Of a stretch of DNA of 51,538 nucleotides, positions 35,696-44,580 are shown piece by piece. The stretch's first letter is position 1; each line of letters begins with the position of its first letter. The notes below the pieces were generated by a model. It ran no database searches and was not told the DNA's origin. It saw only the letters and a program-made list of their open reading frames with translations. The position numbers were made by a program, and so were the translations under genes. Source of the DNA: Patescibacteria group bacterium (lineage in GTDB: Bacteria > Patescibacteriota > Patescibacteriia > Patescibacteriales > UBA12465); assembly GCA_041671365.1 (NCBI GenBank), contig JBAZBP010000001.1, positions 182,459-233,996 of the forward strand, written 5' to 3'.

Positions 35696-37312
35696 ATGGA
35701 AATGGAATTAGCTGAAGAGAAAGTCGACCTATATTCATGGCTTATGGATAAAGTCAATTTGTTGTTGGCCGGGTTATATGAACTTGACGACAAAGAAGAT
35801 GTTGAGTCTCGATATTATCAACAAATTAACGTTGATTCTTTTCAATCAATGAGTTTGCGGATAGTCGAGCGAGAAATAATTTATAGCCCGAGAAGGTTGT
35901 TGGAGGCTATGGTCGGTATGGTGGCGGAATTTGCCATGCTTGAATTGGATAAAAAAACTAAAACTAGGTTGTTAAAAAATACGACCTGGCCAAAAGTTTA
36001 CGCCTTGGATTTTTTAAGGAGCCAGCTGGTTCAGTATGTCGGGATTAAATGTTTGACTATATCGAACAAAAAATTAACCGCCTCCTTCAAGTCTCCACTA
36101 GAGATAAAAAAAATTCAAGATGTTTTTCAGACACCCTATTTGGCTATTGGTAAATTAAGTGTTGAGAAGCGAGAAGAGAAACAGATTATCAATTATTATT
36201 TTAAAATAAATGATAGGGATGTTTTCGTAGCTTCGAACTATAGTTTTAGCTTCTTGTATCAAATCGAGTCAGACTTGTGGACAGAATATCTGCAGATGTT
36301 TGCGGAATTAATTGTTCGGATTCATCAGAATTTAATTTATAAAGAAGGCATTAGAAGTGTTTTTATGAGCAACTATAATCCTTTTTATCGCTTGATGAAT
36401 TCAGGGATGTTCGATAATCAATTATCCTTGCTGTTTGAGAGTATCGAGCAGTTAGCTTCGACCGGAAGAATTCCAACGAGTGAATTTTTTTCTGAGACCA
36501 GAAAATCAGCCCTCTATCTTAAAAGTAATAAACTTTATAAGTTTAAAGACGAAATAGCGCATTTACATTATGTAGTTGTTTGCCCGGATAAAGAGGAGAT
36601 CTATATCAATTTCAAGCCTTTTTTAAATTTTAAAGAGATTAATGATTATTTAAAAACAATTAATTTATCATTAAATCAGAGAAAAGAAAAATTAACTTTT
36701 AAAAAAGTGTTTAAAAAGGGAGGTGGCCAAAGAAAGATTGAGAGAGTTAGGCGCTTAACTTCCGATGATGTCATCGATCAAGCTGGGCGAAGAATCGCTT
36801 CGTTTAGTGGTAAATCAACCGTTGTTTTATATTTGAAGGATAAAAATAATTTTAAAGATGGTTTAGAGTTATTAACCCATATTTACTATTATTGGCTTTA
36901 TTATACTTCTTGGATGCCGACTGCCGACATTCCCCATTCAGATTTGACCAGTATTGATCGGACGGTAATTACTAACTTGGACATTCTCTTCAATCTTTAT
37001 TCAACTTTTTTGGCGCCGGTTTTCGGAAGGGAATTTTTCAGTTCAGACGATGAAACTATTTATTTGTCGGAAAAAGAATGGTTAATTAATTTTTTAAAGA
37101 AAGATCCAGCTTCTCGATATGAAGAAAAGATGCTTCATTTGCTGGAATATATCAAAGAAAAAATTGATTTACCTGAATTTCTGAGTCATGTAACCGGAAA
37201 TAGTCGCGTGGACATCGAAGCTAGAAAAAGATTAGTCGATTTGTATGATAAATTGATTAGGCAATTATCACTTACTCAGGGCTTCATAAATTCTCCCAAT
37301 AATTTTAATTAA
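35696..37312 (+). CDS. Hypothetical cytoplasmic protein (538 aa), no recognisable domain
   Basis: Long intact ORF preceded by AAAGGA. No TM helix or signal peptide. I recognise no motif. Confidence 0.5.
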   Translation: MEMELAEEKVDLYSWLMDKVNLLLAGLYELDDKEDVESRYYQQINVDSFQSMSLRIVEREIIYSPRRLLEAMVGMVAEFAMLELDKKTKTRLLKNTTWPKVYALDFLRSQLVQYVGIKCLTISNKKLTASFKSPLEIKKIQDVFQTPYLAIGKLSVEKREEKQIINYYFKINDRDVFVASNYSFSFLYQIESDLWTEYLQMFAELIVRIHQNLIYKEGIRSVFMSNYNPFYRLMNSGMFDNQLSLLFESIEQLASTGRIPTSEFFSETRKSALYLKSNKLYKFKDEIAHLHYVVVCPDKEEIYINFKPFLNFKEINDYLKTINLSLNQRKEKLTFKKVFKKGGGQRKIERVRRLTSDDVIDQAGRRIASFSGKSTVVLYLKDKNNFKDGLELLTHIYYYWLYYTSWMPTADIPHSDLTSIDRTVITNLDILFNLYSTFLAPVFGREFFSSDDETIYLSEKEWLINFLKKDPASRYEEKMLHLLEYIKEKIDLPEFLSHVTGNSRVDIEARKRLVDLYDKLIRQLSLTQGFINSPNNFN

Positions 37313-37342
37313 AATTTATTTTCATTAATTATCATCCCCCCG

Positions 37343-37846
37343 TTAGCTGGTCTGACGGGGTTTTTTAAATTTTTGGCGGTGATAAATAATAAAGCCGATA
37401 TTAATTCCGACAATTAGGATCCAATTAACAATACTAGTCCAAGGATTTTCCCACCAATTCAAACCCCAAAGACGTTGAGAATTATAATTTACTAAAGGAT
37501 AAAATAAACGGGCCAGAGGGTCGCCGTTGTGGGTAAATAAATCCAGAAAAATATGAAAAGCGTAAGGAAGAATTAAAATTAAGTAGTGGCGGGCAAAAAT
37601 AATTATTAAAAGGGAAAAAACCGCCAGACCAATCAGGCCATGGCTATAACCATACAAAGAACGACTCCAATCGGGTAGAGCTTTCCAGTCGAAGATTAGA
37701 CTCGGACCGCGACTAATTTCTAGATAAATAAAACCGGCGACCGTTGAAATTAAATCCGGTAGCAGGCCGCTGATAAAAATCGGTATTAATAATTTTGGCC
37801 GGCGGACGATAGTCGTCCCCCAAAGGCCATGAGAAATCATATCCAT
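37343..37846 (-). CDS. YdjM-like (DUF457) membrane-bound metal-dependent hydrolase
   Basis: MISHGLWG N-terminus, the FHIFLDLFTHNG motif, and four to five TM helices. Confidence 0.6.
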   Translation of the reverse strand: MDMISHGLWGTTIVRRPKLLIPIFISGLLPDLISTVAGFIYLEISRGPSLIFDWKALPDWSRSLYGYSHGLIGLAVFSLLIIIFARHYLILILPYAFHIFLDLFTHNGDPLARLFYPLVNYNSQRLWGLNWWENPWTSIVNWILIVGINIGFIIYHRQKFKKPRQTS

Positions 37847-37917
37847 ATATTTAATTATATCATAAAAATAAATTATAGCGATTTTTTTTCGGCTACTGGT
37901 TAATTTTTAAGTTAATC

Positions 37918-37962
37918 TTGCCTTTTTTAAATTTATTAACTATAATACGATTACTTATAGTT
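37918..37962 (+). promoter_or_regulatory. Promoter of the Rrf2-suf operon with overlapping palindromic operator
   Basis: TTGCCT (37918-37923), 17-nt spacer, TATAAT (37941-37946). The palindrome AACTATAA-N9-TTATAGTT (37938-37962) overlaps the -10. Confidence 0.5.
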
Positions 37963-37973
37963 ATAATCTTTTT

Positions 37974-38372
37974 ATGTTTCAAATTAACACACGAGTGGAC
38001 TATGGTTTGATGATTATGTTTGAGTTGGCGCAAAAACCGAAACTGGTTACGCCGGTTACCAGTATCGCTAAACGAATGCAAGTTTCCTCCATTTATTTGA
38101 TTCAAATTGCTCAGTCATTATTTAAGGCGGGATTGATTAAGAGCAAGGAAGGGGCGCAGGGCGGTTATTATTTGGCTAAACCAGCCGGTCGAATTTCCAT
38201 TTTGCAAATTCTGGAAGCCTTGGAAGGAAAAATAGAAGTCAGCTGCACGATTAATCAGGCGCACAAATGTCCTAATATGAATGGTTGTCGAATTCGTAGC
38301 ATCTGGGGAGAAATTTTACCGGACATAAAAACAGTTTTGAAAAAAAGGAGTCTGGCTTCATTATTAAAATAA
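37974..38372 (+). CDS. Rrf2-family transcriptional regulator (IscR/SufR-like)
   Basis: N-terminal winged-helix RVDYGLMIMFELA and three C-terminal Cys (C..C.....C). Heads the suf operon. Confidence 0.8.
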   Translation: MFQINTRVDYGLMIMFELAQKPKLVTPVTSIAKRMQVSSIYLIQIAQSLFKAGLIKSKEGAQGGYYLAKPAGRISILQILEALEGKIEVSCTINQAHKCPNMNGCRIRSIWGEILPDIKTVLKKRSLASLLK

Positions 38373-38417
38373 GTTATTATCGCCTTTGTCTGTTAAAAGA
38401 AGACAAAACAAACAAAT

Positions 38418-39173
38418 ATGAAAAATATTTTAGAAGTAAAAAATTTGAATGTGTCCGTCGGATCAAAAAAGATTTTAAACAGCTTTAATTTAACCGTCAA
38501 GGCCGGAGAAACCTGCGTCGTCATGGGACCAAATGGTTCCGGTAAGAGTACTTTCGTTAATACTTTAATGGGGCATCCTAATTATAAAGTAACTTCCGGT
38601 CGAATTATTTTTAATAAAATTGATATAACCCGTAAGAATCCGGAAGAGCGAGCCGCCCTGGGATTATTTATGACGTTTCAGCAACCGCGGGAAATCGCCG
38701 GTTTGGATTTTTATCCTTTTCTGTTTGATGCTTATAAATCTTTACAAGCGGCGCGCCGGAAATCGGCGCTTAGCGTTTTTGAATTTAAACCGGAACTCGA
38801 CCAAGAAGTATCTCTATTAAAAATATCTTCCGATTGGAGTAATCGTAATTTAAATCAAGGGTTTTCCGGCGGAGAAAAAAAGAAATCAGAAATGTTGCAG
38901 TTAGCCCTGCTTAAGCCAACTTTCGCAATTTTTGATGAAATTGATTCCGGTCTGGATGTTGACGCCCTGGAAGTCGTCGGTCAGGCGATTAAAAGGTTCA
39001 AGACCCCTAAGACTGGCGCCTTAATTGTTACTCATTATCAAAAAATTTTAAAATATATTAAGCCAGATAAAGTTGTTGTGTTAAATGGTGGAAAAATTAT
39101 TAAAAGCGGTGATTATAAATTAGCGCTGAGATTAGAAAAAGAGGGTTTCAAAAAAATTATTAATCCGGAGTAA
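38418..39173 (+). CDS. sufC: Fe-S cluster assembly ATPase SufC
   Basis: Walker A GPNGSGKST, ABC signature FSGGEKKK, Walker B FAIFDEIDSGLD. Confidence 0.92.
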   Translation: MKNILEVKNLNVSVGSKKILNSFNLTVKAGETCVVMGPNGSGKSTFVNTLMGHPNYKVTSGRIIFNKIDITRKNPEERAALGLFMTFQQPREIAGLDFYPFLFDAYKSLQAARRKSALSVFEFKPELDQEVSLLKISSDWSNRNLNQGFSGGEKKKSEMLQLALLKPTFAIFDEIDSGLDVDALEVVGQAIKRFKTPKTGALIVTHYQKILKYIKPDKVVVLNGGKIIKSGDYKLALRLEKEGFKKIINPE

Positions 39174-39187
39174 ATATAGTTGTCAGT

Positions 39188-40636
39188 ATGATTAAGCGAA
39201 ATAACAAAATTAAATTTTCTTCTAGATTATCGTTAAAATCGACTCCAAAATCAAGTAATAGCCATGACTCCATGTGGAACTCTTATAATAAGTCGGACTA
39301 CATGGCTAAGACGCGCGTCGGTTTGGACGAAAAGTTGGTTCGTTTTATTTCTAGTGAAAAAAAAGAACCGGCCTGGATGTTGCAGCATCGCCTGGCGTCT
39401 TTAAAAGAATATTTGGCGATGCCGCTGCCAACCTGGGGTCCGGATTTAACTAAATTAAATTTAGATAAGATTACTTATTACGCCAGAGCGGCCGACAAAC
39501 AAGCCGAAAGTTGGGCGGATGTACCGGCGGATATTAAAAGTACTTTTAATAAATTAGGCATTCCGCGGGCGGAACAAGAAGTTTTAGCCGGCGTGGGCGC
39601 CCAGTATGAGTCTACGGTTATTTATCATAGCTTAAAAGATAAATTTAAAGAGCAGGGCGTTATTTTTGAGGACATGGATGTCGCCTTGCATGAACACGAA
39701 GATTTGCTTAAATCTTATTTTATGAAAGCTGTGCCGGCCACTCTGCATAAATTCGCGGCTCTACATGGCGCTGTCTGGAGCGGCGGAACTTTTTTGTATA
39801 TTCCGCGCGGAGTCATAATTGAGCAGCCGCTCCAAGCCTATTTTCGGATGAACGCTAAGGGCATGGGGCAGTTTGAACACACTCTGATTATTATTGAAGA
39901 AGAAGCGCAAGCACATTACATTGAAGGTTGTAGTGCGCCGCGATACGGCGTGGATTCTTTACATGCCGGTTGCGTCGAAATTTTTGTTAAACCGCGAGCG
40001 CGTTTTCGTTATAGCAGCGTCGAAAGCTGGAGTAAAGACGCTTATAATTTAAATACTAAACGCGCATTGGTAGAAAAAGAAGCGCATATGGAGTGGGTTG
40101 GCGGAAATTTTGGCAGTAATGTCACGATGCTTTATCCTTGTTCGGTTCTTCTGGGAGAGAGTGCTACCGCCGATCATTTAGGCGTAGCTTTTGCCAATCA
40201 GGGACAAATTCAAGATACCGGCGCCAAAGTTATTCATTTAGCGCCGCACACCAGTTCTAATATTATTATGAAGAGTATTAGTAAGGGCGGCGGCCAAGCG
40301 ATTTACCGCGGATTAGTAGATATTAGTCCGCAAGCTGAATACGCAATTTCGAATATTAAATGCGATGCTTTAATTTTAGATGATCGGTCGCAATCTGACA
40401 CCATTCCGACAATTAATATTAAGAATCAAACGGCAGTTTTAGCTCACGAAGCGACGGCCGGGAAATTAAATGCCGAGGATATTTTTTATTTGCGTAGTCG
40501 CGGTCTAAGCGAAGAACAAGCCAGCGCTATGATTGTGAACGGTTTTATAGAACCGATTACTAAGGAGTTGCCTTTAGAATATTCTGTCGAAATGAATCGG
40601 ATGGTTGAATTGGAGATGGAGAATAGTGTTGGTTAA
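39188..40636 (+). CDS. sufB: Fe-S cluster assembly protein SufB
   Basis: Conserved C-terminal beta-helix region (...HLAPHTSSNIIMKSIS..GG...YRGLV...). The N-terminal ~38 aa may be extension; an alternative start is ATG 39302. Confidence 0.9.
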   Translation: MIKRNNKIKFSSRLSLKSTPKSSNSHDSMWNSYNKSDYMAKTRVGLDEKLVRFISSEKKEPAWMLQHRLASLKEYLAMPLPTWGPDLTKLNLDKITYYARAADKQAESWADVPADIKSTFNKLGIPRAEQEVLAGVGAQYESTVIYHSLKDKFKEQGVIFEDMDVALHEHEDLLKSYFMKAVPATLHKFAALHGAVWSGGTFLYIPRGVIIEQPLQAYFRMNAKGMGQFEHTLIIIEEEAQAHYIEGCSAPRYGVDSLHAGCVEIFVKPRARFRYSSVESWSKDAYNLNTKRALVEKEAHMEWVGGNFGSNVTMLYPCSVLLGESATADHLGVAFANQGQIQDTGAKVIHLAPHTSSNIIMKSISKGGGQAIYRGLVDISPQAEYAISNIKCDALILDDRSQSDTIPTINIKNQTAVLAHEATAGKLNAEDIFYLRSRGLSEEQASAMIVNGFIEPITKELPLEYSVEMNRMVELEMENSVG

Positions 40637-40672
40637 TTTTTAAGAAATTTGATTTTAAAGAAAATATTTATT

Positions 40673-41437
40673 ATGAAGCAGTTAGTCAAAAAAAATATTA
40701 AGGCCAGCGATAAGAAAATTATTGTCGCCGATAAAACGAGGGTTTTTATTTTGGATTATGTTGATCGCTTATCGGCTGTTTCAACTTTGCCGATTTTTAT
40801 CGGTCGGGAGTCTCAGGTGCAATATGTTTTTATTTTAGATCATAATCTTTCCTCCAGTTTAAAAATTAATCGGGAAATTCATATTGCTGACCGGGCGAAA
40901 GTTGACAGTTATCAGGTTTATTTTGGCCGAGGAGATTATCAAGTTAATATTAATAATCATTTAGGGAAAAATGTGATTTTAAATAGTCAGGGTTTATTTT
41001 GGCCAAAAAAGCAGCAGATTTTACAGGTACAGGATAATGATATTTTTACTGCGCGATCGGCTGTCGGTAAATTTAAAGTTATTGGTTTGGTTGATGATTC
41101 GGCCAGCGCTCAGTATTATGCGAATGTTACTCTCAAACCGGAGGCACAATTAAGCGAGGCGCGGATTGATTTGAGCTTGCATTTATTAAGCTCGACTGCC
41201 CGCGGTCGATTATTGCCCGGTTTAAAAATTGCTGCTAACGACGTTAAAGCCGGGCATAGCGCCAGCACTTTTCATTTAGCACCGGAGGATTTATTCTATT
41301 TACAGACGCGCGGATTAAGTCCGGCGAAAATCAAAGTCTTGGTCATTAATTCAATAGCCGGTCAGTTCGTGTCCGGGATTAAAGACGAAACAACTAAAAA
41401 TTTAATTTTAAAATTAATTAAAAAACGTTCGGACTAG
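40673..41437 (+). CDS. sufD: Fe-S cluster assembly protein SufD (short form)
   Basis: SufB/D-type C-terminus (AGHSASTFHLAPEDLFYLQTRGL). Position between sufB and sufS. The start is ATG 40673 or TTG 40649. Confidence 0.75.
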   Translation: MKQLVKKNIKASDKKIIVADKTRVFILDYVDRLSAVSTLPIFIGRESQVQYVFILDHNLSSSLKINREIHIADRAKVDSYQVYFGRGDYQVNINNHLGKNVILNSQGLFWPKKQQILQVQDNDIFTARSAVGKFKVIGLVDDSASAQYYANVTLKPEAQLSEARIDLSLHLLSSTARGRLLPGLKIAANDVKAGHSASTFHLAPEDLFYLQTRGLSPAKIKVLVINSIAGQFVSGIKDETTKNLILKLIKKRSD

Positions 41438-41464
41438 TTAGAAATTAGTTTAAATAGAAATTAT

Positions 41465-42679
41465 ATGATTAGACGCTCCGATTTTCCAATTTTATCAAAA
41501 AAAATTAACGGTCATAATCTGATCTACTTTGATAATGCCGCGACGGCTCAAAAACCGAAGGCGGTTATTTTAGCGCTGGATAACTATTACCGTAATTATA
41601 ATTCTAATGTCCATCGAGGCATTAATCCTTTAGCGGAGGAGGCGACAAAAAAATATGAAGCGGCTCGTGATGTTATAGCTGACTTTGTTTCTGCCGCCAG
41701 AGAGGAAATTATTGTTACTCGAGGAGCGACCGAGGGAATTAATTTAGTCGCTCGGACTTGGGGCGAAGCGAATTTACGCGCCGGCGATTTAGTGATTTTA
41801 AGTATCGCCGAGCATCATGCCAATATTGTTCCTTGGTTGCAATTAAAAAATAAATTAGGCATTAAATTAGCCTATATTCCCGTGAAGCCTAGCGGTGAAT
41901 TCGATTTTGCGGCCGCCAAAAAAATATTAGCTCGGCCCCGAGTAAAATTATTGGCCTTGACGCAAGCCTCGAATGTTTTAGGAATTATTAATCCGGTTAA
42001 AGAACTTATTAGTATAGCTCGGCGTCATAACGTAATTACACTAATTGATGCCGCGCAGAGCATTACCCATATAAGAATTGATGTTCGTTCTTTGGATTGC
42101 GATTTCTTGGTCTTTTCCGGACATAAAATCTGGGGTCCGACCGGCGTGGGCGTTTTATATGGACGGCGGGAGTTGTTGGAAAAAATGCCGCCATTTTTAG
42201 GCGGGGGCGATATGATTAAATCGGTTTATACCGATCGTTTTACCACCAACGAATTGCCGTATAAATTTGAGGCAGGTACGCCGCCGATTGCCGAGCTTAT
42301 CGGTTTAGCCGCGGCTATTAGTTACGTTAATAAATTGGGTTGGAAAAACATTATTAGCCAAGAAAAAAGGTTGACCGCTTATTTTTTGAAACAAATCCAA
42401 CCGCTAAAATTTATTAAAGTTTTAGGTTCGGTTAATTCGATAAAGATAAAGTTACCGGTTTTTTCTTTAGTTGTTGACAGTTTACATCCCCATGACGCCG
42501 CCGATTTATTGGGTCAGGAGGGAATAATTCTGCGCGCCGGCCATCATTGCGCGCAACCGATCCACGATTTTTTTGGCGTCTCGGCCACACTGCGGGCTAG
42601 TTTAAGTTTTTATAATACTACCAAGGAGATTGATATTTTTATTAAAAAATTAAAGAGCTTATATCAAGTTTGGAAATAA
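41465..42679 (+). CDS. sufS: Cysteine desulfurase SufS
   Basis: Class V aminotransferase. Motifs FSGHKIWGPTGVGVLYG (PLP lysine) and RAGHHCAQP (catalytic Cys). Confidence 0.92.
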   Translation: MIRRSDFPILSKKINGHNLIYFDNAATAQKPKAVILALDNYYRNYNSNVHRGINPLAEEATKKYEAARDVIADFVSAAREEIIVTRGATEGINLVARTWGEANLRAGDLVILSIAEHHANIVPWLQLKNKLGIKLAYIPVKPSGEFDFAAAKKILARPRVKLLALTQASNVLGIINPVKELISIARRHNVITLIDAAQSITHIRIDVRSLDCDFLVFSGHKIWGPTGVGVLYGRRELLEKMPPFLGGGDMIKSVYTDRFTTNELPYKFEAGTPPIAELIGLAAAISYVNKLGWKNIISQEKRLTAYFLKQIQPLKFIKVLGSVNSIKIKLPVFSLVVDSLHPHDAADLLGQEGIILRAGHHCAQPIHDFFGVSATLRASLSFYNTTKEIDIFIKKLKSLYQVWK

Positions 42680-42680
42680 T

Positions 42681-43049
42681 ATGGATATTTACGCACAAAA
42701 TATTTTAGATCATTATAAACATCCGCATAATGAGGGCGTTATAGCTAAAGCGGATGCCAGTCATCACGAGACGAATGATACTTGCGGCGACGATATTTCT
42801 GTCAGCGTTAAAATGGCCGGGAAGAAGATTAAACAGATTAAATTTGTCGGGCAAGGTTGCGCTATCTCGCAGGCGGGAATATCTATATTAAGTGAAGAGC
42901 TGGTCGGTAAGACTAAAGCTGAAGTAATGACTTATGAATTTAAGAATTTAGAAAAGAATTTTGGGATAAAAATAAGCGAGCGACGCTATAAATGCGCGCT
43001 GCTCGGTCTTTGGGCGATTCAACATGCTCTGGAAAAGTATAGGATGTAA
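42681..43049 (+). CDS. sufU: SufU/IscU-type Fe-S scaffold / sulfur acceptor
   Basis: ILDHYKHPHN N-terminus. Cys motifs NDTCGD, GQGCAIS and KCALL. Confidence 0.85.
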   Translation: MDIYAQNILDHYKHPHNEGVIAKADASHHETNDTCGDDISVSVKMAGKKIKQIKFVGQGCAISQAGISILSEELVGKTKAEVMTYEFKNLEKNFGIKISERRYKCALLGLWAIQHALEKYRM

Positions 43050-43063
43050 ATTTATTTAATTCG

Positions 43064-43112
43064 TTTTTGTCATCCTGAGCTCCACTGGCTGGCGTAGCGA
43101 AGAATCCGTTCC
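43064..43112 (+). repeat. GC-rich 3' UTR repeat, copy B (partner at 4395-4440)
   Basis: TTTTTGTCATCCTGAGC..GGCTGGCGTAGCGAAGAATCCGTTC, lying between the sufU stop codon and the terminator. Confidence 0.6.
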
Positions 43113-43121
43113 TTTAATTAT

Positions 43122-43150
43122 AAAATTACCTAATATTAGGTAATTTTTTG
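43122..43150 (+). terminator. Intrinsic terminator of the suf operon
   Basis: Perfect palindrome ATTACCTAATATTAGGTAAT followed by TTTTT. Confidence 0.7.
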
Positions 43151-43188
43151 TTAATTATTTAAAAATTATTGCTGAATAAATTTATTGG

Positions 43189-43217
43189 TTGACAGAATTA
43201 TGAAAAAGTGATATAAT
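43189..43217 (+). promoter_or_regulatory. Perfect-consensus sigma70 promoter
   Basis: TTGACA (43189-43194), exactly 17 nt, TATAAT (43212-43217). Followed by a leader of about 100 nt and a GGAGG ribosome-binding site. Confidence 0.7.
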
Positions 43218-43320
43218 TCTTTGAATACATAATGAGACTTCGGATGCCCTCGCAAAAGGAGTTCGTTAAAAATTGAATAATAAATAAAAATAAAAAATAT
43301 AGGCAGGAGGCCTAAAAAAA

Positions 43321-44190
43321 ATGTCAAAAAATCAGAGTTCTAAAAATTCTCAAGGAGCGCCAAAGGTGCCAAAAATTGAGATTAAGCTCAGACCAGAATT
43401 AAAAGTAGACAGTAATAATAACACTTTTAATCTATTGGTAGAATGTTCGGTGTTCTCGAATGGGAAAGCGGTATCCGGCCAGCAGGTAATAATAAAGGAA
43501 GGCGTTGGCATTAATAAAACCGCTACGACTGATATTAACGGAGTTTTTGTAACAACCCTAAATGGTTCTCTCTTAAAAGATGAACAAAATAGAACTTTCA
43601 GGTTTTGTTTGGCTGGTTTAATGTATGAGTCAGAAATTACCGTTACTATTCCAGTCGAAACTCCAAAGGCGACAATCGATAATGATCCTGAATCGCTATC
43701 GTTATATCGTTATCATGACGGGCAAGGAAATTTTAATATTTTTGCTCGTGTTCTAAAAACAAAGGGTTACGGAGTGTTTCTTCCGTTAGTCATTTGGTAT
43801 CGAGGTCAAAAAATTAATTATCAAACAGATACAAGCGGAGAAGTAGCCTTTAGTTTGCCCGGGACAGTTCAGCCTGGTGAAAACGAGGAATTAATAGCGT
43901 TTGTCGATGGAATTGAAGAAGGGGCTAGGATTAAAATTAGACGCCATTGTCATCGAAACAGTTTTCTTAATCAATCAAATTGGTTATTTACTACTAATAA
44001 TGGCAGAGGTTTAATATTCCTGGGCGTTTCTTTGTTGTTTTGGTTACTTGTTTTGTTAAAAGGTTTTAGTAATTCTCCGATTATTAATTCTGATTTATTT
44101 CGGGATGAAAGCACCGGCTTATCATCCGCAGAGTCATTGTATAATGAGGCGGCAGAAATTGCTGGAAGTAGTGTAATATCTCATCCTTAG
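43321..44190 (+). CDS. Hypothetical membrane protein with two Ig-like/CarboxypepD_reg-like beta modules and a C-terminal TM helix
   Basis: Strong RBS. TDINGVFVTTL and TDTSGEVAFSLPG motifs. TM helix GLIFLGVSLLFWLLVLL. Ends at TAG 44188-44190. Confidence 0.55.
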   Translation: MSKNQSSKNSQGAPKVPKIEIKLRPELKVDSNNNTFNLLVECSVFSNGKAVSGQQVIIKEGVGINKTATTDINGVFVTTLNGSLLKDEQNRTFRFCLAGLMYESEITVTIPVETPKATIDNDPESLSLYRYHDGQGNFNIFARVLKTKGYGVFLPLVIWYRGQKINYQTDTSGEVAFSLPGTVQPGENEELIAFVDGIEEGARIKIRRHCHRNSFLNQSNWLFTTNNGRGLIFLGVSLLFWLLVLLKGFSNSPIINSDLFRDESTGLSSAESLYNEAAEIAGSSVISHP

Positions 44191-44232
44191 ATTAATTCAT
44201 CTATTCCTAGTTTTATTATTTTTGTTGCTATT

Positions 44233-44565
44233 ATGTTTACGTTCTTTGCTATTTTCTATGCGGCACTATCTTGGCGTGAAGAAATAATAGATGGAATTGA
44301 AGAGGGGATTGAAAAAATAATTGATCGAGATCATGGTCGAAGCGATGATCCAAGATTAGAAAAATGGTTAAAATATCTCGGAATGAGGCATGTCGTAAAA
44401 AATCCCAAGATTCAAATCACTACTACTAACACCTCAGAAGCAGCGTCTGTATCTGAAGGCACCAAAGGACATCCGTCTTTGGCTACATTATTTCAATTGG
44501 ATCTATTTAGCGACTTGCTAGTCACAATAGTTCCAAAAGTATTAAAAAATATCTTTGGAAGATAA
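44233..44565 (+). CDS. Hypothetical protein (110 aa), possibly the detached C-terminal part of the upstream gene
   Basis: Same reading frame as 43321-44190 and no RBS. The hydrophobic helix starts upstream of the first ATG. Confidence 0.4.
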   Translation: MFTFFAIFYAALSWREEIIDGIEEGIEKIIDRDHGRSDDPRLEKWLKYLGMRHVVKNPKIQITTTNTSEAASVSEGTKGHPSLATLFQLDLFSDLLVTIVPKVLKNIFGR

Positions 44566-44580
44566 AAGAAGGAGAAAAAA

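Noticed and set aside
37893-38105. 70-aa minus-strand ORF across the Rrf2 promoter and 5' end.
   Set aside because: It overlaps the promoter/operator and the well-supported Rrf2 regulator start. No independent support.
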